A stretch of DNA of 64,000 nucleotides from a virus (Duplodnaviria; Caudoviricetes), in the IMG/VR virus record IMGVR_UViG_3300035182_001315; one strand, given 5' to 3'. Below are positions 1 through 9,618 of this stretch, one piece after another. Made by a program: the position numbers and the translations under genes. The stretch's first letter is position 1; each line of letters starts with the position of its first letter. The notes under the pieces were generated by a model. That model was not told the DNA's origin. It saw only the letters and a list, made by a program, of their open reading frames with translations, and searched no databases.

Positions 1-864
1 AATTACTGGCGTACTTCTGGTTTTAATCTTCTTAAATTTCCTGAAGTAATACGTTGAGCTTATTCCGTTATAAACCTTTGTCATTCTGCTGTTGTTACCA
101 ACCGTCATTATACTTGGGTTAACATCGATACAAAAATAATTATCCTTTAATGAGCCATCATCCAATCCAACTCTCTTTACATCATACTCACCGTCCAGCG
201 TTGTTCCGCTGATTCTTACCGTCCCACCATTGGTTAGATTATGGAATACCGGCACATTAAGAGCTGTCATTGGCTTACCACCAACAACAACCGGCACAGC
301 ATCAATTATGATAAGGCCATTGTTTACCATTACGTGTTGCGTATCTGCTGAATAAGGATAGGTTACTGTAAGTTCCCAGTTCTTTACCTGAGAGTTTAGG
401 ATATTGGTTGTGTCAGGAATGAAAGAGAATCGTTCCCTCTTTGGTTCCATGTCATAGAAGTTACAAAGACTTGCACCTGTAAGTACTGGTGAAAAATATC
501 CATACCACCCCTCAATTTCCTTCAGGTTCTTTTTGATAGATTCTCCGAAGGTCAGGAATGGTTCATCCTTATCCAAATCATTTGCAGTGAAAAGGGTTGT
601 ACTGAATATCTGCCAACAATCCTTGGTACCTGTGGCATTGAAAAGCACGTTGCTTACCAACGGACTAATCTTTCCGAGGATTCTGTAGAAGGTTGTTGAC
701 TGTCTTTCAAGATTGAATTGTTCGCCAAGGTCAAGAACCTTATTGATTTCATCTGGTGGCAATAATCTCTCGCTTCCATCAATTTGTACATTGATGAACG
801 TGTCCGTATTTACAGACTGCTTCGAGTTAAATTTACCTAATATTTGTCTTATCCTTCTATCCAT
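1..864 (-). CDS. Putative virion structural protein, partial (runs off left edge)
   Basis: ATG at 864-862 (MDRRIRQILGKFNSKQSVNTDTFINVQIDGSERLLPPDEINKVLDLGEQFNLERQ...). Both ends of the frame were translated by hand and are open (...YYFRKFKKIKTRSTPVI at position 1). Not in the ORF track because it has no stop. Follows the 1281-aa gene after a 2-nt gap. Confidence 0.75.
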   Translation of the reverse strand, partial: MDRRIRQILGKFNSKQSVNTDTFINVQIDGSERLLPPDEINKVLDLGEQFNLERQSTTFYRILGKISPLVSNVLFNATGTKDCWQIFSTTLFTANDLDKDEPFLTFGESIKKNLKEIEGWYGYFSPVLTGASLCNFYDMEPKRERFSFIPDTTNILNSQVKNWELTVTYPYSADTQHVMVNNGLIIIDAVPVVVGGKPMTALNVPVFHNLTNGGTVRISGTTLDGEYDVKRVGLDDGSLKDNYFCIDVNPSIMTVGNNSRMTKVYNGISSTYYFRKFKKIKTRSTPVI

Positions 865-866
865 AA

Positions 867-3800
867 TTAAAATGATGCTGATGCTGTACATCCAACACTA
901 TCGGTTACCACACCTATTACTGGTGAAGCACTTGGTGCTGTGTATACGTTTGTTTGTCCCATATCCACCGGAGTATAGCTATAAGGTGCTATACCACCAG
1001 TTGCGGCATATGTTATTGTGTTTACTACTCTGTTACCACCATTGGCAAGCGTTGTCGCTGGCCTCTGGATTGCTATTGCCAGATAAGCTATGATATTGCT
1101 ATCACAACCTGTTCCGTCTTCTACTGTTATTGTCAACGAACTGTTTATTGGTGTTATTATAACCAACGTATTCAATCCGGCTGTACTTGTAGTTGTTGTG
1201 TTATCGATACCATCAATGTTATAAATGATAGTGTAAGGGAACGGCTGGTCACCCGGAACCAAGTTAAACTTGATAGTGGTTGAGGCTGGGTTACACTGCT
1301 TGCTATTGTTTATACCTGAGGTATTGATTGTTGGCTGTTGTGATTTCACAAGAGTTACAGTTGTTGTAACCGTTTGTGGTACCGGCGATACTGAGTCTGT
1401 TCCTGTAATGGTATAAACACCTTCACACAAATCAATAAAGGAAACATCCAAATATGTACCACCACTTACATAGCTACCCGGACCTGTAACATGAAGGCTA
1501 TACGGCGGAGTACCACCATTAAGTTGTGGATTAAGCACACCGTCACAAGAAATGTTACAGCTTACATCTTCTTTATCCATTGGCAATGTAAACGTCAATG
1601 GTGGAACTGAAGTAAGTTCTAATGTTGTCTGGCAAGTTTCTGGAACAGCACTTGTATCTGTTACAGTGAATATGTATGTTCCAACACTCAAGTTTGTTAT
1701 TGGTGAGTTTGCCACACTTACGTTACTGAAGTTCAGATTGGTTGTTGTACCACTTACATTCAATGAGTATGGCGGCTGGCCACCTACAATTGAATTAATG
1801 TTTACAGAACCATCGGTTGATGATTGAGTTGAAGGGTTCTGGAAGATGCTAAAGCTGCAAATAAGTGGCTGAGGGCCATCAACATTTACATTCTTAACTA
1901 CAACGGTTCCCAATGCGTCAACAGCTGTAATAGTATAAATACCCTGCGTAAGGCCGCTTATAACACCACTCGTTGTTGCGCTTAATGGACCCGAATCAAA
2001 ATTCGTTCCTGTCCACTCGTAATTAAATGGAGCCGTACCACCAATAAAGGTGAATGCTATTGCTCCGTCAGAAACATTTGCATGTGTATTCGTTACGCTG
2101 GTTTCAATGATGAAATCATCACTAACGGCCCTAACACATGGTGTGAAATACTTTGACATCAGCTTGTCAAAGCCGGTCTTTCCCGGTATCAACCCAAAGT
2201 ACATATAGTAAGAATTACCCCATGATTGGAAGCCCATGTCTGGAAAACCACCTTGAGGGAATTTAAAGTTTCTGAATGCAGTATATGCCGCACCATTATG
2301 GTGAGTCGGGTTGGTAATATTACCGTCATACTCAAATGAAGTTCCCAATGAAGGGGTATTCAATGGAGCTGGGTCAACAATTGGATAATAAGGATTCTGA
2401 GAACCGTTAATATTCAACTGATAGAATACATCTCTCACATACCTGTTTATACTGGTTGCTGAATCTACTGGGTCAGATGTATCATAAATTTCATTGATTG
2501 TTACCGTTGCATGCGGTGCTGTTGCGCCGGTAAGAACTTCTGGAAGGTCAACATACAACTCAGAAAGTCTTCTGATATTCGCCGCTTGTCTTGCATTAAA
2601 GCTTACACCAGTACAGTTGATATCAAAGAATAACCCTGTGTAAAGGTTACCTACTTCAATCATACCTGTAACTACAGAATTGTCTTCATCATCGATTTCC
2701 TGAATAAGTGGTGGAATATTATAAGAAGTTTCAGTCATGTACTGAATAATCTTAGGAACACCCTGCCAATCGCAATCCAATACAGCACCCAAACTGATAA
2801 CATCAGTTGGGAACATTTTCATATTGCTACCGTTAAGTACCAATGGTGGATAATAAAGCTCACCGTTGTATTGAACCATGAGACCATTTCTGAACTCAGA
2901 GCTAAAGTTATCATTTACACTTGAAACAGTTGTGTCAGCAAGCTGGTTCGTCTTACATGAATTGAAACCAGTACCACCAGAATAATCCTGACAGTTTGTT
3001 TCACAGAACTTCACCCTACCTCTTCTCTTCTTCTTGTATTTGATAAGGTACAAATACAAAGCGCCGTTAATCCAGTCATTATAGAAATCAAACTGGAAGA
3101 TACCCAATTGCTCACCCAATACTGCTGATACGCAGTCAGTATATTGTTCTACCGTGTTACCATTACAGCCCGGAGTCCATATGGTCTCTGGGTCGGAAGG
3201 ACACTTCATACTGATTGGTTTGATACTCTTGAATGGTCTCCAACCGGCAATCTTAATACCTCTTAACCAACAAAGGATGTTGTTCAAAAGAGAAACAATA
3301 GATGCAATAAGCGTTAATATGAAACAGATAATCGTGAATAATATATTGTTCTTAGTATATGTTCTATTGAAAGGGAACGGAGTCTTGTCACCTACGCAAC
3401 CGTCAACATCTTTTATACCAACGTATGTTTTTGCTCTTCTGCTTACACCTGACTTCTCAACCTTTGAGATGAAGTTCTTTACAGAATAAATCTTGTTCCA
3501 GTAAAGGTCAGTAAAGCTTTTATCATTGGTTGTTTGGTCAAAATTGTAATCCAATTCAGAAAGATTCTGCGGATTGTGTGGTACTAAATACTTACCTCTC
3601 ACACGAAGTCTGCCGGTCCCACCACCTTCATCCATTCCTATTCTAAATCTTACTCTCGCCCTTGTTGGTATACCCTTGCTCTCATCTTCTGATGGAATAA
3701 GATTACCGAACTCATCAGTAATAACATAATCCAAGTTCATTGGAATCTGGTAAGCCCAAGCACCGTTGCTGTCAATAACACGCCCACCCTCAACATCGAA

Positions 3801-4712
3801 TGATTCAATTTGACCATCGGTTGTTTTACGAATCATTTCGATTGTACCTTCTCTTGGAATCTGTTCGCACAGAACACCCAAATTCTTTCTTGGACGGCAT
3901 TGTTTGTTTACAGAATTCTTTCTGCTATCACCGAAAAGGCTACCCATGAATATAGCAGCTGGCCTGATGGTATAGTTCAAATCAATATCCAATCTGTTGA
4001 TACCAATCTCACAACTATCAAGGTCACCCCAGAATGGTTGAACGTTCACACCAACGTTAACAGTCTTCACCTGTACCAATGAGTTTAGGTTCTTACTTTC
4101 CTTGAATTTGGTCGGAGAGTAGAACATTTTTTGTGGTGTGCCTTGGTCAATAAGGTCGTAGGGTCTTTGTGAAGCTATTCCTATATTTGAAATGTCAGCA
4201 TCTACGTGAACTACGTGAGAACCTAACGGTACTCCGAATAACATAAAGTCACCGGCATGATTGGTTGTTGTTGTGAACTTGTAATACTTGTTATAAATCT
4301 CAAGCATTGTATCGTTGTCGAGAATTTCTCTCTTCGCTGGAAAGGTACCGACTGGCGTATAACAAGCATCCTGAGAATCTGATTCCTTTGGAAGAAGGTT
4401 ATAACGAATACCGTTTGTATCTTTGTCGTTTACTGTTGTGTAAGGATAAAGGCCAGCTATGGTTGGGTCACCGGAATCCAGTGTATCGATAGGAACGAAA
4501 ACCGAAACCTTAGCGTTGGGTACACCAAATCCGCTGTTAATAACTACACGTCCAACAATAACACCGTAATCAGCACAGAAGGTTTCGTAAGCCTTGTCCT
4601 GACTAATGTTCAATGATAATATCTCAATGAAATCAAAGTCTTGTTCAACCTTTAACTTCAGGTATTTATCACCGCCATTTGGTGTGGTTCTTAATCTTAT
4701 ATTATTAGACAT
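867..4712 (-). CDS. Large putative baseplate/tail-associated protein with a hydrophobic segment, Cys-rich region and C-terminal SprB-like repeats
   Basis: 1281 aa. Repeated GGT(A/P)PY/F...Y..TVTD..GC units in the last ~400 aa (GGTAPFNYEW, GGQPPYSL, GGTPPYSL, GGIAPYSY). Lies downstream of baseplate wedge genes. Confidence 0.6.
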   Translation of the reverse strand: MSNNIRLRTTPNGGDKYLKLKVEQDFDFIEILSLNISQDKAYETFCADYGVIVGRVVINSGFGVPNAKVSVFVPIDTLDSGDPTIAGLYPYTTVNDKDTNGIRYNLLPKESDSQDACYTPVGTFPAKREILDNDTMLEIYNKYYKFTTTTNHAGDFMLFGVPLGSHVVHVDADISNIGIASQRPYDLIDQGTPQKMFYSPTKFKESKNLNSLVQVKTVNVGVNVQPFWGDLDSCEIGINRLDIDLNYTIRPAAIFMGSLFGDSRKNSVNKQCRPRKNLGVLCEQIPREGTIEMIRKTTDGQIESFDVEGGRVIDSNGAWAYQIPMNLDYVITDEFGNLIPSEDESKGIPTRARVRFRIGMDEGGGTGRLRVRGKYLVPHNPQNLSELDYNFDQTTNDKSFTDLYWNKIYSVKNFISKVEKSGVSRRAKTYVGIKDVDGCVGDKTPFPFNRTYTKNNILFTIICFILTLIASIVSLLNNILCWLRGIKIAGWRPFKSIKPISMKCPSDPETIWTPGCNGNTVEQYTDCVSAVLGEQLGIFQFDFYNDWINGALYLYLIKYKKKRRGRVKFCETNCQDYSGGTGFNSCKTNQLADTTVSSVNDNFSSEFRNGLMVQYNGELYYPPLVLNGSNMKMFPTDVISLGAVLDCDWQGVPKIIQYMTETSYNIPPLIQEIDDEDNSVVTGMIEVGNLYTGLFFDINCTGVSFNARQAANIRRLSELYVDLPEVLTGATAPHATVTINEIYDTSDPVDSATSINRYVRDVFYQLNINGSQNPYYPIVDPAPLNTPSLGTSFEYDGNITNPTHHNGAAYTAFRNFKFPQGGFPDMGFQSWGNSYYMYFGLIPGKTGFDKLMSKYFTPCVRAVSDDFIIETSVTNTHANVSDGAIAFTFIGGTAPFNYEWTGTNFDSGPLSATTSGVISGLTQGIYTITAVDALGTVVVKNVNVDGPQPLICSFSIFQNPSTQSSTDGSVNINSIVGGQPPYSLNVSGTTTNLNFSNVSVANSPITNLSVGTYIFTVTDTSAVPETCQTTLELTSVPPLTFTLPMDKEDVSCNISCDGVLNPQLNGGTPPYSLHVTGPGSYVSGGTYLDVSFIDLCEGVYTITGTDSVSPVPQTVTTTVTLVKSQQPTINTSGINNSKQCNPASTTIKFNLVPGDQPFPYTIIYNIDGIDNTTTTSTAGLNTLVIITPINSSLTITVEDGTGCDSNIIAYLAIAIQRPATTLANGGNRVVNTITYAATGGIAPYSYTPVDMGQTNVYTAPSASPVIGVVTDSVGCTASASF

Positions 4713-5074
4713 TATTTAACTACAATTATTTCGTGCTTATTTATTGGTTCGTAATCTGCGGCCAACTCATCATCATAATCTTCATCATTCTCAAAGCCAT
4801 CATCTTCCTCATCCTCTTCTTCATCCTTCTCTTTGAATATTCTTTCACCCAATGCCTTAACAACCGGAAGCAGGTTGATGGACTTTGAAAGAACTGTAAC
4901 TCTGAACAACACCACCAAGCTTATTGGTATGATGATTATTGTTACTATGGGAGCCATTAACAAAAACAGCAAAAATTTCAGGATATAATCACTTACTTTT
5001 TTTACTGCTGGATTTGTTTGCGATTGATTCTGTTCTATTAATCCGTCTTTCTGTTTGCAACTTTTACAAGCCAT
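4712..5074 (-). CDS. Small membrane protein (N-terminal CxxC, long hydrophobic segment, acidic tail)
   Basis: MACKSCK...; ILKFLLFLLMAPIVTIIIIPISLVVLF; D/E-rich C-terminus. Stop overlaps the start of the next gene. Confidence 0.7.
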   Translation of the reverse strand: MACKSCKQKDGLIEQNQSQTNPAVKKVSDYILKFLLFLLMAPIVTIIIIPISLVVLFRVTVLSKSINLLPVVKALGERIFKEKDEEEDEEDDGFENDEDYDDELAADYEPINKHEIIVVK

Positions 5075-5093
5075 GATTTTTATTTTACTCTTA

Positions 5094-5852
5094 CTATAAC
5101 ATCCGATACAGTTCTTCTAACGTTATCGAACAATTCGAACTTTTATTTATATTTTCTTCCCACGGAATGAATTCAAGATTTTTAATATTTCCAATTATCT
5201 CTGGCTCGACACCGTTCTTAAATCCTTCCAATATTGAATACTTATGGTCTAACTGATATGCACCTTTAATTCCACATTTTCCTCTTTTTTCGTAATTTGA
5301 TAGTGTTTCTAACAGTTGTTTATTCGTTACTTTTGTCACTAATTTTCTATATTTTTTAAAAATTGGTAATAATGAAACATATTCGTCGTATGTAAATCCA
5401 TTTTTCTTAGCATTCTTAATTTCTTGTGCCAGACCAATATCTCTGGTGATTCCTAAACCGTTCAGAATTCGTTGCGGAACAGTAGATGATGTCCCAAGTG
5501 CTCTACCAATTTCTACTGTTGACATGTTATCCACCAAATACATTTTCTTAATATCTTCATATTTTATCCTTCTATTTTCAACTTGCTCTTTGATGTCTGC
5601 CGTAAACAATTTATTACATTTAAGACATAGGTATCGTTGTTTTTCATATTTTGTTTTTCCTTCTTTTCGACACTCACCAGAACAGTGGACACATTTAATA
5701 TTACACTTTATTTTCCCTGTAACAACCCCTTCCTTTTTAAGCCTTAATCTGATTGTTTCTGGGTCACAAGTAAAAATTTTAGCTATTTCACCACAATTTT
5801 TACCATTTTCAAACAGTCGTTTGATTTCTTCATTGTTTATTTCTTTCTTCAT
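5094..5852 (-). CDS. HNH homing endonuclease with HTH and zinc-ribbon domains
   Basis: C-terminal YQLDHKYS...NLEFIPWEENINK (HNH); CVHC...QRYLCLKC zinc ribbon. Start MKKEIN at 5852 preferred over 5888. AT-rich. Confidence 0.8.
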   Translation of the reverse strand: MKKEINNEEIKRLFENGKNCGEIAKIFTCDPETIRLRLKKEGVVTGKIKCNIKCVHCSGECRKEGKTKYEKQRYLCLKCNKLFTADIKEQVENRRIKYEDIKKMYLVDNMSTVEIGRALGTSSTVPQRILNGLGITRDIGLAQEIKNAKKNGFTYDEYVSLLPIFKKYRKLVTKVTNKQLLETLSNYEKRGKCGIKGAYQLDHKYSILEGFKNGVEPEIIGNIKNLEFIPWEENINKSSNCSITLEELYRML

Positions 5853-5899
5853 AATAATAAATATCATGAAATTTGGTAAAACCACCACTTTGTTAGAAT

Positions 5900-7714
5900 T
5901 TATTTTACTCGCACGATAATATCAGAGGTTGGTTGCAAAATCTCAAACATTGTTGTTGGTTCACCGAACAACGTATATTCACCCAGTGTATCAATTTGTC
6001 TTGTTGCTTCGTCAACATATGGCTGAGAGATTTCATTCAATGAATAATTTCCACCCACCATGTTATAAACCCTCAGGTCGATAACGTTGAGAACACCAGC
6101 AACATTATTGATTGTTTCCAACAGGTTAGCCAAATAAACGTTCTGACCCATATCGAAATTAGCTATTGCCATGTAATTGGTTACTGCCGCAACTACCTGA
6201 CTGATTATTTGTGATTGTGGATACTTCTTGTCAATAAACAAATCAATCTGGAATGAAAGGTTAACGATACGACCGTTGGTAATTTCAACGTAATCATTAA
6301 GCATTCTGAAATCAGAAAGATAAGCTGCAATATTATCTCTAAGTGTTGATGTAGAGCTGTTGTTCAATTTTGAATCTGAATCCAAGCCCAATACATAAAC
6401 CTTAATCTTATTTTGTTCTTCGAACACACCTGTTCTGAATGGAACACCGAACTGCCCCGGCATGAGTGCAATTCTTGTTTGATAATCCTTGATTGTAACA
6501 CAACGATTCTGTGAAGAGAAGTTGTATCTCACAAGGTTTCTGATTTCTTCAACACTTGGTTCATCTCTGCCACCCAAAGCTGGAAGAGGGTTGTTAACAA
6601 CCAATGATGACTTAACAGCGTTATTCTTTGTATCATCAGAACCATTTACGGTCATGTTCAACAAACCTACGTTTGTTATGATTCCTTGTCCAAGGTTTGT
6701 ATCAGCACCGCCACCAACTCTGTACTTGATGAACATTGTTGTATTTGGTGTTGGGGTTACACCCAATGAAAGGTTATTGATGAAGTCACCGATTTGGTTA
6801 ACCAGTGTAGCATCAACATCGAAGTCAGTCAATGAGCCGGTATCTTGTGTACCACCACCCAATATAACTTTCTTGAAGCCTAAGTCAGTGAACTCAGTAA
6901 TGAAACGTTTATTAACTGTTATATATTTACCAGCTTTGATTGATGGGTTGTCAGAAGCTGTGTTGAAGTCTTCAATGAAAACCTTGTCTTCAGCCAATGC
7001 GTCTACTTCAAACCATCTGTTATCAAAATCCAAGAATTCTTCTGGTGTTGGGTCGGATACGAAATCAGTTCCCGGCAATGTGATTGCTGATTCAATTGAA
7101 AGAACGTTGTCATCAGGAAGAACGATTTCAAGGAAAGGCACAACATCTGTTGTTGTGAAAATCTTCTTGAAAATCTTGCTGAAGCCGTTAATAACCATTT
7201 CTCTTTTGGTAAGGGTATAGTTAATAAGGGTTCCGTTTGAATTGAAGTTAGGGATAATGAGACGGTTCGGGATACCGCCAAGAGTGAACGGTGATGAGAA
7301 GTCGATATCATATGATGTTTCGAAAATCTTACCGGCTCCGGTTACCTGAGCGCCAGCCTGAATAATAGGGGCGTAAGTAATATCGAATGTATCACCAAAT
7401 ACTGGAACTGTTACTGAGAAGTCAACAATGGTTACAGATGGGCGATTGCCGGGAATCTTAAGACCGAAGGTTCTGGCCATGGCCAATATTGAGCTTCTTT
7501 GCTGAGCGTAGTCGATTTGAGTTTCCTGAAACATACGGTCCGTGTTAAAGGAAAGCATATCACCCACCGCTGCATTCAACTCAAGTAGCATCATACCCAC
7601 AGAGGCATCGTTAAAGTCATTAAAGATGTCTGGGTAATACTGGCGGACAAAGTTAACCAAGTCGGTTCTGATGTCTGCGAAATTTCGTGAGGTATATTGT
7701 ACTAATTGTGCCAT
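5900..7714 (-). CDS. Baseplate wedge subunit (T4 gp6 / baseplate J-like)
   Basis: YTSRNFADIRTDL, LLELNAAVGDMLSF, YRVGGGADTN, GGRDEPSVEEIR, QNRCVTIKDY motifs typical of gp6-like wedges; adjacent to gp25. Confidence 0.9.
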   Translation of the reverse strand: MAQLVQYTSRNFADIRTDLVNFVRQYYPDIFNDFNDASVGMMLLELNAAVGDMLSFNTDRMFQETQIDYAQQRSSILAMARTFGLKIPGNRPSVTIVDFSVTVPVFGDTFDITYAPIIQAGAQVTGAGKIFETSYDIDFSSPFTLGGIPNRLIIPNFNSNGTLINYTLTKREMVINGFSKIFKKIFTTTDVVPFLEIVLPDDNVLSIESAITLPGTDFVSDPTPEEFLDFDNRWFEVDALAEDKVFIEDFNTASDNPSIKAGKYITVNKRFITEFTDLGFKKVILGGGTQDTGSLTDFDVDATLVNQIGDFINNLSLGVTPTPNTTMFIKYRVGGGADTNLGQGIITNVGLLNMTVNGSDDTKNNAVKSSLVVNNPLPALGGRDEPSVEEIRNLVRYNFSSQNRCVTIKDYQTRIALMPGQFGVPFRTGVFEEQNKIKVYVLGLDSDSKLNNSSTSTLRDNIAAYLSDFRMLNDYVEITNGRIVNLSFQIDLFIDKKYPQSQIISQVVAAVTNYMAIANFDMGQNVYLANLLETINNVAGVLNVIDLRVYNMVGGNYSLNEISQPYVDEATRQIDTLGEYTLFGEPTTMFEILQPTSDIIVRVK

Positions 7715-7771
7715 GTTTGTTGTTTAATATAAGCTTTTATTTAGAAAATTAAATAGATGATACTGATGAGG

Positions 7772-8152
7772 TTATACCTTGATAACTACAAAATCCACTG
7801 TATCGAACACGTCATCGGTTACTATGTAGTCAACCCTGATTACCGCAGCATAGTCACTATCCTCTGATTGTGTTACAGTTATGTCCTTTATTGCAAGATG
7901 CGGAAGGTATTTTTTAACTGCATTGGTCACTTCTTCCTTGATATTTTCGAGGGTAAGATTATCGTTTGGTTCGAAAATGTATTTCAAAAGGTTTGTTCCG
8001 AAATCTGGATTATAAAGCCTCTGACCCTTTTTGCTCAGCAAAAGATGCATCAAATCGGCCTTGATTGCTCGCTGGTCGTCTGAATTTAGGTTCAAAAAGA
8101 ACCCTTTTGGACTGTTTTTGAAGGGAAAATCTATGTTTATATATCTTGACAT
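7772..8152 (-). CDS. Baseplate wedge protein gp25-like (GPW/gp25 family)
   Basis: IKADLMHLLLSKKGQRLYNPDFGTNLLKYIFEP motif; 126 aa. Confidence 0.9.
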   Translation of the reverse strand: MSRYINIDFPFKNSPKGFFLNLNSDDQRAIKADLMHLLLSKKGQRLYNPDFGTNLLKYIFEPNDNLTLENIKEEVTNAVKKYLPHLAIKDITVTQSEDSDYAAVIRVDYIVTDDVFDTVDFVVIKV

Positions 8153-8155
8153 ATT

Positions 8156-8881
8156 TTAATTTTTGAATATCCATTTGAAACCACCAGTGGTTGCTCGTTG
8201 GCCCTTGCATACCAGTGTTATATTACTTTCTTGTATTCTTAACATTTTAGCCGCTTCTCTACCACCAATCCACTCCTTTATAAAATTCCCGTTTAAATCT
8301 AATTGAATTACTGGCTTCCTTTTTTTATTTTTAGTTTCTTCAGTGTGTTTGAAACCAGTTGCGTTTCCTTTCTTTCCGAGTTTTGCTTTTGATTGTTTAT
8401 CCTTAGTAGCTTGGGATACTTCTACACCAAGTCTTGCTGATGGTAATCCGATATGGCTCAATGACATATTTTTCCTACTTTCTTCAGAATGTTTTCGACC
8501 GAGATTATATTTGTTCCCTAAATTCCTATTACTCAACCATTTACTAAAATTCTCATCACGTTTTAATGTTCCGCCGCCACCATTATTGGAATTCACCAGA
8601 GTAAACCCCCAACTTTTTACTAATGAAATCCAGAATTTTTCCAATAATTTATAGTCACAATTTTCTTCTAAAACTTCGTCCAGAATGATTTGTTGAATCT
8701 TATAGGAATTTTGAGAAATCCAAGATGTTCGTTTGTTCTTTGTGGGTGTGGCCTTAGCTTCAAATAAATGACTTTTTAATCGATTTTTTGGATTCCGTCT
8801 CGTTACTCCAATATATTTCAATACATTAGGTTCACTTTCAGAAACCAGAGCATAAATGTTTATGTACTTGCCATTGGCCAT
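8156..8881 (-). CDS. GIY-YIG homing endonuclease (NUMOD3/NUMOD1 DNA-binding tail)
   Basis: NIYAL...KYIGVT...RLKSH; LVNSNNGGGG; HSEESRKNMS and HTEETK repeats; PVIQLDLNGNFIKEW...GGFKW. Confidence 0.9.
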   Translation of the reverse strand: MANGKYINIYALVSESEPNVLKYIGVTRRNPKNRLKSHLFEAKATPTKNKRTSWISQNSYKIQQIILDEVLEENCDYKLLEKFWISLVKSWGFTLVNSNNGGGGTLKRDENFSKWLSNRNLGNKYNLGRKHSEESRKNMSLSHIGLPSARLGVEVSQATKDKQSKAKLGKKGNATGFKHTEETKNKKRKPVIQLDLNGNFIKEWIGGREAAKMLRIQESNITLVCKGQRATTGGFKWIFKN

Positions 8882-8935
8882 ATTATCAGTTTAAGATAAA
8901 TATGGTAAGAAATTTTTTTTAGAAGTAAATGTAAA

Positions 8936-8960
8936 TAAAAAAGGCCCTGAAAGGGGCCTC
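8936..8960 (-). terminator. Rho-independent terminator
   Basis: Minus strand AGGCCCC-TTTCA-GGGCCT followed by a T run, directly after a TAG stop. Confidence 0.8.
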
Positions 8961-9139
8961 TATGGTTTTATGAATTCATCTCTGAGGGCTTTGGATACCT
9001 CTTCGTAGGTTTTGTCTTTGTTTTCAAGTACAAAGTTGAGTTGGTCTGGGTAACGCTTGGCCACCTTATCAGTATTCCCTTCTTGTACAAATAGATGAAA
9101 GGCTGTAAGCTTTCTCATCATTAACTCTTCTGCCTTCAT
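8960..9139 (-). CDS. Small hypothetical protein (59 aa)
   Basis: MKAEELMMRKLTAFHLF...; ATG at 9139 follows the repaired stop of the PAS gene; followed by a terminator. Confidence 0.6.
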   Translation of the reverse strand: MKAEELMMRKLTAFHLFVQEGNTDKVAKRYPDQLNFVLENKDKTYEEVSKALRDEFIKP

Positions 9140-9143
9140 CGGC

Positions 9144-9534
9144 TTAAATTGGCTCAGGTATCGCAATTCCGTAGTTTTTACCATTAATCCAAACTGATGC
9201 AAACCAGCGGATTTTTTATGTAATCACCATCTTTTGTTCTATATCTGTTTACAAACCCATCCAGCAGCGTCCCGGCTGGAATCTTGCTTACTTCAATCGT
9301 TTCAAGTAAATCATCTGGGTGTACAAAATACGTCCAAGGATGTGTGGTTAACTCTTCTGCCGTCCAACCAAATAATTTTGTCCACGCTGGGTTCACTTCG
9401 GTAAAAGTCCCCTTCACATCAGCGATACAAAACAAAACAGGTACAAGTTTAAAGAAAAAACTTAAATCTGTTTCTACATTCGTTAATTTGGCTGTTAATT
9501 CACGAATCTTATTTAGGTTGTCAGGCTTACTCAT
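9144..9534 (-). pseudogene. Stand-alone PAS-domain protein with a +1 frameshift in an A6 run
   Basis: FTEVNPAWTKLFGWTAEEL...FVHPDD...FVNRYRTKDGDYIK is a PAS fold. Removing one A at 9212-9217 restores IKIRWFASVWINGKNYGIAIPEPI*, the expected final PAS strands. Confidence 0.75.
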
Positions 9535-9577
9535 AACAAAAACAAAGAATTTATAATAAATATCTCGTTTATAACAT

Positions 9578-9609
9578 AAAAAAAGGATATACCTGTTTGT
9601 GGTATATCC
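9578..9609 (-). terminator. Rho-independent terminator after nrdA-C
   Basis: GGATATACC-N7-GGTATATCC then T7 on the minus strand. Confidence 0.8.
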
Positions 9610-9618
9610 CCTTTCTTT

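Noticed and set aside
5094-5852. IS1 transposase
   Set aside because: Has an HNH catalytic end, no DDE domain and no terminal inverted repeats.
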